Assembly: GCA_011109175.1 (NCBI GenBank)
Contig: RDEW01000021.1
Coordinates: forward strand, 683,295-747,294
From: Dicyema japonicum
Lineage: Eukaryota > Animalia > Dicyemida
Length of the DNA stretch: 64,000 nucleotides
Direction of reading: 5' to 3'
A program made the position numbers and the translations under genes. The notes beneath the pieces are model-generated. The model was not told the DNA's origin. It saw only the letters and a list, made by a program, of their open reading frames with translations, and did not search any database. Within the stretch, counting starts at the first letter, position 1. Every line of letters begins with the position of its first letter. Positions 12,114 through 24,935 of this stretch are shown one piece after another.

Positions 12114-12255
12114 GGAAGAGAGTCATCCGTCTTAGATTGACCAGGAGTACAGTTTTATCAAAGGGAAGACAGTCATCCGTCTTAGATTGAATGGGAGTAC
12201 AGTTTTATCAAAGGGAAACAGTCATCCACCTTAGATTGCCCGAGAGTACAATTTG
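12114..12255. repeat. Minisatellite, ~3 x 50 bp
   Basis: Unit gaagacagtcatccgtcttagattgaatgggagtacagttttatcaaagg. Confidence 0.85.
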
Positions 12256-12300
12256 AGCAGAAAGTAAATGGAGATTATAAATAATTTAAAGTGGTTAATA

Positions 12301-13800
12301 TTACATACAAAGTCTTCGAGTTCCACTTTGGATGAGTTCAGTTACTTCTTTTAAATTATTCTTGGCTATTTTCACAAATTCAGTATTTTCAGGACTGACC
12401 AACTTCTCCCATCGACTCCACAAGGGGTAGGAAACCTTTTCCATGAAGCCAATCTAGATTGCCACTAATCGATAGAACCTGCCAACTTATAACATCAAAG
12501 TTATTTCTATCGCAACACTGACTTATCTGAAGTCCACGTGCCAGTTCCTTGTCTCCCTGGATGAAATTCTCAGCTATGAGGTTCTTTGTCCATTTAATGT
12601 ACGTCTCTAAGGGCCTCACTGTATTGCTAATGTCAGCACAGTGGAGGGCGTATTTTAAAATCTAAGTAACGAAACTCCACCAACCGTTATACGATCAGTT
12701 TCGTCTACTTGGTCTTTATAGTCGTCAGATCTTCTGGATAGTATTGAGTCCATGTGATCGAGGTGGTCATTGTGGATCTTCATGTCTGTCCCCAAAACCA
12801 TATTAATGATAAGTTTCCTAGTGTTTACGCGCTCCTGTGAGCTTAAATTGGAGAAAATGTCATTTTCTGGGTCCCTCATAAGTTGGAAGCCGATAGAGAG
12901 GTGGTGGTTCTCCAAAACGGAAATGTCGTTGTATCGGAGAGCCAGATAGGAGTCTACGTATCACTATACCATAAACTGGAATTTATAAGGAACTGATTAT
13001 TCAGGCCTGGGTGGCTGATGTCGTGTATGGCAGCTGCTACAATGGCTGAGAAGATTTCGAGGTCAGAAAATGATATCTGCGAGTAAATTGGATTACTTTG
13101 CCTTGAAAAAGTTAAAATTTAGTAAATTATTCATCGCCTGAACAACCTCGGCACCATGAAGACTGTTGTGGTAGGGATTACTATGTTTATAGCTTTTTTC
13201 AACATTTCTTGAAAAATTGAGAAAAATTTTCTCTGGAATTTTAAGTTTTTCGTCAAATTTTCTGTCCTTGGCTAAAGTAAGTCGAAAACCTTAAAAATTG
13301 AGTATAAAACTCTCGTAAGCACAGAGTCAGGCCAAACAGATGCGGTTTGGAAGACGTCAAAGTCCCAGCTGTTCAGATTCTGTACTTGCTGATCTCAGAC
13401 AAAATTAATACAAAATTGTTAAAATTAGTCTTGTCCATTGGGTCTTCCTTTCCGACACTTTGTTGTCTTCAAAATGAAAAGTTATATTACTCAGATCTGC
13501 GTCTCTTCTTCATGTCCGTTATGTAAAGCTCCAGGCTGCTAAGATTTTTGTAAGAGACGTCTAAGCGATCGAGGATAAACTCAATATCAGAGTCTATGGT
13601 CTCCTCTATTGGATAGACCCACAAATTACCGGTTTTGTGAGGATCTACGACCTCTTTTCTAAGAATAACCTTAATTTATAATATTATGTTAGAATTAGTG
13701 GGTACTTGGTCATATTCTGTTTTATCTTTTTGATGCAGTGCTTGGAGAGAGCGATGTTCTTAAGCGATTTTAACACAAGGAATGAAACGTTGTTGTCACT
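12301..13800 (-). CDS. PDE4: cAMP phosphodiesterase, PDE4-like; 5' end unresolved (may extend to ~14150 or ~15240)
   Basis: [88 protein letters not shown]; UCR2-like [16 protein letters not shown] upstream; 23- and 25-nt introns reconstructed. Confidence 0.9.
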
Positions 13801-16800
13801 AGCATAAGGGAACGATAAACTAGTAATAAGCCACGTGGTTGAACTGGTTTACTTGATCATTCTCCATGTCTTTTCTCCCAGCTTCGTTGTTACGACGACT
13901 CATTGCAACAAATAATCGGTTGGCCGTCTATAAATGAAGAACTACGCAATCTCAATAAACAAATTTAGACTATGCCTGCCGTATCAATCAATGATGGCAA
14001 CTGCCGATAATTGTGGTGCTCACAATAAAAATAATTGTCCAAGTGTGTCCATCAAATTAATGTAATTTTCCCTCAGATTCATCAACATCACTCAAGATTA
14101 TCAGTTATTTGCTCCCACCTCAATAACAGTAGGTGGTCGACAACATGATTGATCGCACTTCTGAGTCCTTTTATATGACAGCTGAAAGTAAATTTAACCT
14201 ATCGGTCCTTTGTAGTTACTGATTATGTGGGACATGACCTTAATGGATATGGAACGAACTAAAGCTACAAAAATAGCCCAGTGAGTGCTACTTTTAGTTA
14301 GAAAGTATTAAGCCTAAAGTCAAGCTTGGGGGTTGTAGCTTATTCTTGGTGTAAGTACTTTACTCATTAAAACACATTCATGAGCACAAATAATAATTTT
14401 ATGGCAACCATCAATTAAATATATAAAATCGATATATCGACGACTTAAAACACAAAAATCCGACTTATATTTTGGCAATTTGTGCTTCTATTTGAGTCAC
14501 GGATGATTTATTTCTTATTCCTTTATAGGAATCTACAAGGTCCTCCAATTTTAGATGGGAATCGGACCGGGACATCTAATACTTGTTGTAAAGTTCACAT
14601 ATTCGATGTCTCTTGAATTAAGAAGGAGGACGCCGATTTTGGAAAAAATGGTGATTTCTGTTGATTCTGTTCATTATTACAAAGCAGTGTAGTCACTCCA
14701 CCAACTCGTTAGACTCAAGTCCATGAGTCCGACTGAGGCGGATCTGACGCAGAGATGGTGAGTATGAATTTTCTAGTCCCTTTAGCATATTGGGTTTCTT
14801 ACCAACTTCTTTACGATAGGGCCGTCTATAAAGTACGGATCATGCAGTGACATGAACGTAGAATCGATAACCAGGGATTTAGAAATCAGAAAAAATCGAA
14901 AGAAATCACAGGGGAGTATAAAAATTCCGAAGCAAGAGAAAGGTTGACTTTTATACATTTTTTCAAGTACCGTCGACCGCACCCATCAGGAAAGGTGGAT
15001 TCAGTTAGGAAATCGTTTTTTCTGTTTTTTATCTTCATTAGTTCTCGAGTGTTGTCAGACGATCCACCTGATTCAGGAAACGTGCTAAGAAGGTGCGTAA
15101 AAAGATAATTTGATCTCCCCATTGAAGTTATTCTCAAACTGCAAGGACGTTTTCTTCCCTTTCGGTTGGTTCTAGATGGACTTGAGTGATGTTGGGAGGT
15201 ATCTCAACATATGAGACTGAGGACTGAATACATTTCATGATTATCAACTTCTCAGTGTACCATGTATTTAAAGAATAATTTTTAACCTCAGATTCACAGG
15301 AGAATCACCCCCTCCCTGTCTGATTGACCCTAAAATCATTTCCCTATTAGATCACTCTGACAACATTACACAGTTGCGAAAGAATTCAAAAATTTCCTGC
15401 GAATTATTAAAAGCATTGAATCATTAATCACCCCCTCCCTGTCTGATTGACCCCAAAATCATTTCCCTATTAGATCACTCTGACAACATTACACAGTTGC
15501 GAAAGAATTCAAAAATTTCCTGCGAATTATTAAAAGCATTGAATCATTAATGCAAGAAAAACAAAAACTGTCAGTCATTACGCCAATCAAGTTACCCTTA
15601 AACAAGTTGAGGCTAAGAACACGTATGATCTTCTTGCCGAAGAGCTCTTGTTTTTATGACTCCCAAGTAAAGATTATTCAACTGGTATGGATTTCACGTT
15701 GACGGAATCGTTTATATGTGCTCAAAAATTATAAGTTAGAGCAAGATGACTCGCATCAAAGACGTCGTTTTGAAGAAAACTCTTAATTGAACACAAAGGT
15801 GGAGTCAAGGTGTCTGTGAAGAGTTCATCTCTGGTTCTAACCTACTTTTAAAATTAGCATATGTTAGTTTCGAGGACTCGCATCAAAAAAGTCGTTTTGA
15901 AGAAAACTCTTAATTGAACACAAAGGTGGAGTCAAGGTGTCTGTGAAGAGTTCATCTCTGGTTCTAACCTACTTTTAAAATTAGCATATGTTAGTTTCGA
16001 GGACATAGTATTAGACGAGGAGAAACGGTTGATTCGGATTTGGAAAAAGCAGTTGACTCCTCCAAGAACAAGAAAGTGATTTCAGGGAATCGGATGAATG
16101 ACTACTATAATACGCAGATTCTAAATTTCTCCACCAAAGTCCTATTAACGCAGCCAATATATCTGATATTCCAGAAGAATGGGTAGATCTCATTACTTTG
16201 TTTTTCCTCACTANGAAAGCAGTTGACTCCTCCAAGAACAAGAAGGTGATTTCAGGGAATCGGATGAATGACTACTATAATACGCAGATTCTAAACTTCT
16301 CACCGAAGTCCTATTAACGCAGCCAATATATCTGATATTCCAGAAGAATGGGTGGATCTCATTACTTTGGTTTTCCTCACTATATTTAAGTTATAGAGTA
16401 GAAGATCGGGTTTTATTCAGTTTCCTCTGTTTCCATAACCCGAAAAATTTCATACTCGAGTTCAGAGAAACCGCAAATGATTTTATGGAATGTCACTCCA
16501 TGTCAACGTTTTTGAGGGGGGTTCAAATCTGAGTTATGTAATCAACACTTTTTAGTTCAGAAAGAAAAATGGGTAAAGTCTCAAACCTAGGGCCAATCTT
16601 TAAATAAAAGAAACCAGTGGCAACTTAAACCGAAAGCAAACAGCTTGATTTTTACACGGGTCACCTACTCGTAAAAAAAACAGCTTATATTTGTAGCGAA
16701 ACCAACCTAAACCTTAAAGAACTACCAAATAGTTTGCTTGGTGTTATCTATGACCAACAAGCTACTGTCCTAGATTCCACTGATCAGGGGTAGCTTAAAG

Positions 16801-16979
16801 TACAATTATGATAAATATTAAGAAGTGAATAATTCAATGATGCCAATAAAAATTGATTATTAATATTTTATTATGACTATCCGCAATGATAATTATAATT
16901 TTACTTGGGGGACAAATTCGAAATTAGAATCTTGATTTTTCTAGAAAAAAATGTTAAAGCAATTACAAACAACACAAAT

Positions 16980-17135
16980 AATGAAGATAATAATAAATAA
17001 TAATCGCACTTCCGCATCAATATCAGCTATCGCTAAAGCATACTGATGCGTGGAACCTTCAACCGAAACGTGCAGTATCGGGGTTCGAACTAGCGACCTT
17101 CAGGCCTCTTGCAGATTAATTCTAATAAACTAATA
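16980..17135 (-). mobile_element. Putative tRNA-derived SINE
   Basis: Minus strand has a T-arm/B-box-like aaggtcgctagttcgaacccc, a short body and an (ATT)n tail; partial second copy at 7825-7886. Confidence 0.5.
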
Positions 17136-17206
17136 AATTTAATAATATTAATATTTAAAAATTGTTAAATAATAAATTAAACAAAAAATTTAATTTTACA
17201 TTATTT

Positions 17207-18987
17207 ATGAGGAAGGGTAATCCATATCCGCCTGAAGTATTTATAAATAACTGTTTTAGTCCGATGAGGGCAACATTGAGTACAAGGTATAAAGTTTTTC
17301 TCACTCTCAGAGGATGATATCCGGTCCTTCTCAACGTCGCCTGGAACGTCTCATCACCCAAATGAACTACAGATTAAACCAGGGCGACGGAAAAGCTATC
17401 TACCGGCTTGGAATCAACGATAACGGCTCAGTGGCTAATATAACTGACGAAGAAATGCTGTCTTCGATCGATCACATGTTACTGATGGTCTCTAAGCTCG
17501 GGGCCAAGGTCGACATATCCAAACTTAAGGACCACGTGGAAGTAACTATCATAAAAGAACGGACAGGGATTGCGACGGTTTTTGTTGCTCTTATGGAAGA
17601 GACCCGAGATAAGAATTGCCGTGGTAGGAAAGTCCAACGCGGGAAAGTCAACACTCGTGGGTTTCCTCGACAACGGAAAACTAGATGACGGTCATGGCTT
17701 TGCAAGAATATCGTTGCTGACACATTACCACGAGCTGAACTCTGGGATGACTTCGACTACTTCAGCCATCATTATTGGACTTAATAAAGATGATGAAGTT
17801 TAAGTGAACTTAATTTCAGATAGTACATCCGAGATTTAACAGAGATTTGTTCCAAGAAGCCGAACGACTTATGGCGATTCTCGATCTGCCGGGGAACAAG
17901 AAATTCTTGAAAACGGCTCTCGGAGGTCTAACAGCGAATCACCCGGAATTTGGCGTCCTTGTAGTGTCACAGAACGAGACCAGCGGTAAGAAATGTGAAT
18001 AACCTAAGGCCTTTCGGTTGGGGACTACCTATCTATTTTTGTTGCCTTCAATCTCCCAGTAGTCGTTGTGCTTAACAAAACCGACAATATGATAACGGAA
18101 AATTACGAGACCAAATTGGTGGATATTTTAAGACAAATTAATGAAACAGGAAGAATAGGCGGGAAAATTGGGAAGATTGTTAGGGAGAAGGAGGATTTTG
18201 TTTCTGTCTTGGAATCAAATTGGTACCTTCTGTAATATCACGGAAGTATTCCATTGGTTGGAATCTCTCTCTTCACGGGAAGTAACATAGACTTGATTTC
18301 GGATTTCCTTTCGGGATTGAAATTCCCACCTCTGTCCCCCAGAAGACCAGAAGAATGAGAATTCAGAGTTTATTAAATATTTAATTTTAGATAATCAAAA
18401 TATTTAATAAGAAAAACAAAATTATTGTTGGAGGGACTTTGAAGAGGTTTTTTGTTAAAAATATTGTCAGGGGAACCGTCAGTGTTGGACAAGTATTACT
18501 GCTAGGTCCCCTTGATAATACGGAATTCCTATCAATCTCCTTCGACAGTCTTCACAGGTGGAAGATTCCCTGTTCTACTCTGACCGCTGTAAAGTCACGA
18601 ATTTCGATCGCTTTTATCAACCCATCCTTGTGTGTCCCCAGAATAGTGTGTCTTATGATTTAAGTGATTCAGGGACAAGTTTTGGTGGCTTCAAGATCTA
18701 TGGTTTTATGTAGGAGGAAGTTCTTGGGTCGAATCGTTACTCTGAAGAGTTCGTCTACTCTCAAAGTGGGTGACATCTCGACTATTTTCATGGAGGGGAT
18801 CAGACAGACTGCTTTGCTGGAAGAACTGAAAGATTCGGTGGGGATTTTAGTTGATTTGTAGTCTGAATCCTGGGAGGTCTTTGTTTTTAAATTTTGTAAT
18901 TTCAATGAGGCGATACACGTGGGGGCAAAGTTTATTGTTTTTGACGGGCAGCACATAGCCCACGGTGAAGTGCTCTCTGATGAATAA
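17207..18987 (+). CDS. GTPBP2: GTP-binding protein 2 (translational GTPase, GTPBP1/2 family)
   Basis: PPESDEGNIEYK, LITQMNYRLNQGDGKAIYRLGINDNG, RIAVVGKSNAGKST (G1), HYHELNSGMTS (G2), DLPGNKKFLKT (G3), VVLNKTD (G4). Introns 17237-17259, 17287-17310 and 17578-17599 restore the frame. Confidence 0.92.
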
Positions 18988-20092
18988 TGCTTATATATTT
19001 TTACTGATTTTGTTATCTCTACTGTAATGATTGGTAGGTTCCTTCATTCTGATTGATGAATGTGGAAAAGATTGGTCGGATCAGTGAAGGATTTCACTTA
19101 ATGATTACTATTTCTTGAATATTTTGTCTAGGAAGCAGCCAACAGAGTATTCGGTCATAGTTCCGAGTTTGTGACTCTTTGAGCGCTCTACTAGAGCCGA
19201 CCTACTAAGCAACATCTTTTTTAAAACTTCATCATCCAAGAAGACTGAAAGTCCGTTATGGAAAGCAGTCAAAGATACTGATTTCATCCTTGTCAGTCTA
19301 TGATAACATATTTAGAACATTCTTTTCTCTTAACCATGTGATAGTCATGAGGCAATAATGTGAATATTAAAATGTACATGTATTTCAAGTAATCTCTTAT
19401 GAACGTTTCCAAGTCATCAAAAAGCATAAATTAATAATAATTACAAACTAAGCTGGACTATCGTTCTCTGTTTTGACTAATTTTACTAAACTTGGTTATA
19501 CCAGTGAACAGAGGTAAAAGTCCTTTAATAAGCATAAATTAATAATAATTCAAAACTAAGTTGGACTATCGTTCTCTGTTTTGACTAATTTTACTAAACT
19601 TGGTTATACCAGTGAACAAAGGTAAAAGTCCTTTAATTCTTTAAGTGAATTAATTTTTAAAAGGAACTCCTATCGCCTTTTTCTATAATTACAGTGAGTA
19701 CTTACCGAGAAAAGATTAAATGTCGCATACCATTAAGCTTACGGTAATAAATAAGGTCAGTCAGGGCCGCTGTATTAACTTTTTATTAATAAAAATCACT
19801 GACCCTGTTGAACAGAAAAAATCAAATACTGAAACGTTTATTTTAATTTAACCATAATGGAATACGTAACTTTTTAAACAATAACCGAAAAAAGAGGAAA
19901 AACAATACGTAGGAAATCGTAAAGGAAAATTAATTGANGGAAAAAACAATACGTAGGAAATCGTAGAGGAAAATTAATTGATGCTTTAAGGTTTAAGATT
20001 GACTCCACCTAAGCCTCACAACAAAAAAATAAAAATCTTATACCATTAAGCCAACCAAAGATCACTATTGTAGTTGATAAAAAACATTAAAA

Positions 20093-22100
20093 TTAATTAA
20101 ATCTGTCCAATGGATTATTATACACAATTGGTTCAAATTTCTTTTCAGGGAGAGTCCCCCCTCTCTGAGACTTTGATTCACGAACAGCCTCGATCTTCCT
20201 GGATTCCTTGACCAATAACTTCCTCTTATAAACTCCAACACTCCCAGACTTCCTCTTGGCCTTCTTTTTCGGCTCAAAAGCACGGGAATTGTCAACCACC
20301 TTATAATAATATCACAATTCAACATCTTTGACGGTCAATGACTTCTCAGGGACCTTATCAACGGTCCCCAACAGGGAATTGTCCATACTAATCAACTCTG
20401 GTTGTATTTTGTCTAACAACATCCTTACTTCCGTGTTTTGCCTCTGCTTTTTCGTCCTGAAAGGGTTAGACTCCAAAGCATCAATATTGGGTTCACCAGC
20501 ACCTACAATAATATCACCATCTACCAGGGACAATAATACTACTGACTCCCCCGTCATAACCAACACCAACAACGTCCTCAAAAGGACAAAACATCACATT
20601 CTGGATGAATGAGTCAAATCTCTCAGTAAGGTACGCCTTTGGGCGGGATTCCATCACTGACTGAGAACAGAGTCCCTCGAATATCTGAAAATAAACACTT
20701 CTGTGGACAACCTCCAACACATTACCACCAGATAATGCCATAAGTCCTCTCTGAGAGAACTTCACATTCTGTTTTCCCCCATGAGTCTGCCTAAAGTTAC
20801 TGAGTGGTTGATAGTTCATCCTGAGGTCCCATATTCTGACCATAGAGTCTGCCCCAACAGAAGACAAGTACCTAAAATAAATTGAAAGCAAACCCCCCGT
20901 CCTGACTCACGGCAATAGATTGAACAGCGGATCCATGACAGAGCATCTTCATCAGGGGATCCTTCTGAGAAGGGGACCACATACTGACTGATCCATTAGG
21001 GTGACCCAACAGAATCACGGCGTTTGATGGATCCTGAGTCATAACATCAATCCGTCCCTGTCTCGTAGGAAAGGCAGAGACAATTTTCCCCACGGAAACG
21101 TCTAAATACGACAGAAATCCCGTGCTGCTCTAAAATCAAGATAAAATCAAAAACCAACCGCCGCGACCAGTAGAAAGTGGTAAGGAAGGAATTCTAGTTT
21201 CTGTACTCTGTCCAGGGATTTCAGACAGTGGAGTTCAAGTCCCTGGTTGTCATATATAAAGGTCCACTGTCTCTGAGCCACCGCCAACATGGTCTCTACG
21301 TGAAGATAACTTGTATATGACCGTTACTATACCAGATGTCATTGACTGACTCCATGACGTTGAATTCTGAAGAGAGCTGCTTGTCCTGCCACTTCATCAT
21401 AGCCACGTGGCCCCTTCGTCCAGATAAAGCCATGTATTGGCCATTTCTGGTGTATTTCACTGAGTATGGCCCAAATTGACGTAAATAAAGGTGAAAATAC
21501 TGAAATATAACTGAAAGGCACCTTTTGGGAGGTATTAATGGCTGAACTATCAACAATGTCTTGCTGTTTGATCCTAAAGTACTCTTCACCCTCTTCCAAC
21601 TCAATGAATCTGTATAAATCAAAGGAGAAACCCAGGCCGCTCTGTGAGGAGAGACTCTGCCTTTGCTGATTGCGACTCGGCGAATTTGGCTCGGTTTTCT
21701 CTCTCAATAAGGCGGGAGGTGAACCGTTTGGATTTGAATCGCAACTAGAGATCAAAATTTAACTCAAATTTTGCGCTAAGAGTTTAAATCTTACAGATTC
21801 CATTTCTAATCCACGGCGATACTTTTCTAGCTTTTCTAGAGGGGCACTGTATTCGACGTTATTTGGATTCTAAGAATAGGACTATATAATTTTACTTTTT
21901 TAGTTGACTTGGGGTTTTTCTGTGTGAAATAGGGATTTTCTTGTGTTAAGAACCTCACTGATTTGTTACTTTTGTAAGCTAAGAATAGGACTATATAATT
22001 TTACTTTTTTAGTTGACTTGGGGTTTTTCTGTGTGAAATAGGGATTTTCTTGTGTTAAGAACCTCACTGATTTGTTACTTTTGTAAGTCTGTGTAGACAT
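20093..22100 (-). CDS. WDR46: WD repeat protein 46 (Utp7/BING4), SSU processome
   Basis: [98 protein letters not shown]-terminal PLDRF. ATG at 22100; the first exon/intron is affected by a 109-bp duplication. Confidence 0.92.
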
Positions 22101-22197
22101 CTCACAAGCACATACACGTGAATTTAAAAAATTCTGATTAAATAAATAATTAAGTTAATTATTTATTTTTTATAATATTTATTGTTAAAACTTAATA

Positions 22198-24117
22198 AAC
22201 ACAAAAAAGATTTGGTAATGTTGCAGTTTAGTGAGCTATATTTTTTTTCGAGAAAATAAGAAATAATAAAATAAATAATTATATTATTAATTATATCAGC
22301 ATATTTAGAGTAACTTTCTCTTTTATATTTAAATAATAATAACATGGTGCGACCTGGTTGCGAGAGCATTATTCCACAAGAAGAAATAATGAGTCGTGCT
22401 GCTATTCAAGTCGAACGACTCTTCCTGTTGAGGCTTCTGATGAGTACACAGAGTCTGGAGGAATGCATAAAGTGGTGTGCAGCACGGCGTTTGATAAGGA
22501 ACACAATTTACTGCAGACTGTGCAAGGTTATATTTGAAATTGTGTAATAAATAGATTTATTGTTACTTTTTTGTGTTGAATCTAGTGGTCGATAAACATG
22601 CATGGAAATGCAAAAACTGTAAGAAAAGGACGAGCATCGAAAGAACATCTCGTTTGCGAAGTAGCTTTTGAACTCGAAATATCCAAGACAACTGTTGTGG
22701 ACTGGAATAACTTTTGTCGAGAAACATGCGAGACATGGTTTGAGACAGTTCCACAGTTGCTTGGTGGACTTGAAAANNNNNNNNNNNNNNNNNNNNNNNN
22801 NNNNNNNNNNNNNNNNNNNNNNNNNNNNNNNNNNNNNNNNNNNNNNNNNNNNNNNNNNNNNNNNNNNNNNNNNNNNNNNNNNNNNNNNNNNNNNNNNTCT
22901 GGAGGAATGCATAAAGTGGTGTGCAGCACGGCGTTTGATAAAGAACACAATTTACTGCAGATCGTGCAAGGTTATATTTGAAAATGTGTAATAATTAGAT
23001 TTATTGTTACTTTTTTGTGTTGAATCTAGTGGTCGATAAACATGTATGGAATTGCAAAAAGTGTTAGAAAAGGACGAGCATCAGAAATCACCCATGGTTT
23101 GAAGGTGGTGCAACTTTGTTAATTTTTCAGGTAGTTATCTAAGTCTTAGAACAATTCTGGAGCTAACGTGTATGTGGGCGAAAGAACATCTCGTTTGCGA
23201 AGTAGCTTTCGAATTTGAAATGTTCAAGAAAACTGTTGTGGACTGGAATAACTTTTGTCAAGAAACATGCGAGACATGATTCGAGACAGTCCCACAGTTG
23301 CTTGGTGGACTTGAAAATCAATCGTTTAAATTTATTTTGCTAATTAATAGAATCAAAAGTCGTGGAAATTGACGAGTCTAAATTCTTCCACTGCAAATAC
23401 CATCGCGGTCAATAGCGGGAAGGTCATTGGGTCCTTGGAGGAATCGAGCGCGGAACAGAGCGCTGATTTCTCGAAGAGGTTCAAGATAGGTTTATTTAAA
23501 AACATTGAACATTGTAGATCAACGGAAACCTTGAAAGATGTGATTACAACACAAATTCTTCATGGGACGAGAATTATAACCGATGGATGACTGGCATATA
23601 AGTCAATCCCACAATGGGATGACGGTATATACAGTCATTTTTGGGTGAATCACTCTCAAATTTTTGTTGATCTCGCCAATCCAAATGTCCACACGCAGTC
23701 CATCGAGAATCTATGGCAGCGTGCTAAAAGAAAAAGTCGTAAACAATATGGTATAAATTTGATTCTAATTGCATAAAGGAACATCAAATTAATTATTCAC
23801 GTGTTATCTTTATGAATATATCTGGAGAAATTCACTGAGGGAGTTGCAGAACGCAATAGATCGACATCGAGTTTTCTCTGAGTTTTTGGCGCTTTTTGGT
23901 GACATTTATTAGTGTGTGTCTTTCTTAAAATAGTGATGTTTTTTTTATAAATTTTTTAATTATAAAAAAAATATAAAAGAGAAAGTTACTCTAAATATGC
24001 TGATATAATTAATAATATAATTATTTATTTTATTAATTCTTATTTTCTCGAAAAAATATAGCTCATTAAACTGCAACATTCCCATATATTTATTTTTTGT
24101 TTAGGTGGGGACGTGCC
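22198..24117 (+). mobile_element. Merlin (IS1016/IS1595-like DDE) DNA transposon with long TIRs, degenerate
   Basis: CRLCK..WKCKNC zinc motif, WNNFCRE, VEIDESKF, WVLGGIERG, ILHGTRIITDG, VNHS..FVD..HTQSIENLWQRAK, YLYEYIWR. 22201-22330 is the reverse complement of ~23971-24110; the right end begins GGCACGTCCCCACC (minus). Confidence 0.93.
22777..22897. other. Assembly gap inside Merlin, flanked by duplicated sequence
   Basis: N run; 22458-22776 recurs at 22898-23313, where the second copy has ~95 extra bp. Confidence 0.98.
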
Positions 24118-24199
24118 TCTCTTGCACAAATGCCTTTCTTACGTTTAATATCTACCAGCCCGTTCTCTTTTGGCATCCTAATTACCAGAAAACTCACTA

Positions 24200-24575
24200 T
24201 CAATGAATATTCTTAATTCAAGATAGCGACTTTTTGTCACACCCTACGAATGGACAGACTCGCTCCACCTAACGTCGCGATGAAAAACTATTTTTCACAA
24301 TCAGAAGGAGCAATCCGTGGATGGCCCAGTGCTTCCTTGCCTAAGGAATTAATCTATCTGGAATAAACAAAAAGTAGAGAAGACTTTGACTCTTTACGAG
24401 GAACAACAACGGGGGTGATTGGAAGAGGATGAGTAGAATGATACTGAACGTGGCACAAGGAAAGCTTAATTAATTGGAGAAGACTTTGACTCTTTACGAG
24501 GAACAACAACGGGGGTGATTGGAAGAGGATGAGTAGAATGATACTGAACGTGGCACAAGGAAAGCTTAATTAATT
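24200..24575 (+). mobile_element. RTE 3' fragment with 100-bp tandem duplication
   Basis: LRMDRLAPPNVAMKNYF..RGWPSASLPK, related to 76-946; duplicated unit 24377/24477. Confidence 0.65.
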
Positions 24576-24659
24576 TATGATTTTCCGTGAGTGCTTCTTA
24601 ATTATAATTCATTTTGTGGGACTTGTCAGAATGTATATAGTTAACATTCATCATCATGG

Positions 24660-24935
24660 AGGAATACTAAGAAAATCAAGGACGTACAAAAGAGGGCTTT
24701 CAGAGTCACGGAGCTGTGGACTTGTGGGAGACACAGAACCGGACTGACTACTCTGGAGGCCCTCATAAAACTAAACTCCTACATGCGGGAAGGTGGCCCT
24801 GCAAATACAGTCAGCCGCCCAGTACGAGCTTGTGTGGGCACGAGGAACACCAGGAAAGGATGAGGATTTTGGTGGAACGCATCGGGATCACGAGATAGGT
24901 TTTACCGTGGTTTTCGGTGTTAAATAAATAAAGTA
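24660..24935 (+). mobile_element. 3' end of Jockey/I-like LINE family
   Basis: ..CGHEEHQERMRILVERIGITR* followed by a taaataaataaa tail. Confidence 0.65.

Noticed and set aside
17075-17135. tRNA gene
   Set aside because: Only the T-arm/B-box resembles tRNA; no acceptor stem or cloverleaf, so it is called SINE-like instead.
17570-17690. Apparent frameshift in GTPBP2 between ORFs 17314..17688 and 17570..17803
   Set aside because: Fully explained by a 22-nt GT-AG intron at 17578-17599; no programmed frameshift is needed.
23270-23600. TGA at conserved Trp positions in Merlin and CRE remnants, suggesting stop-codon reassignment
   Set aside because: Host genes use TGG for Trp, the SAM gene ends in TGA, and the duplicate Merlin copy has TGG at one of these sites; this is ordinary pseudogene decay.
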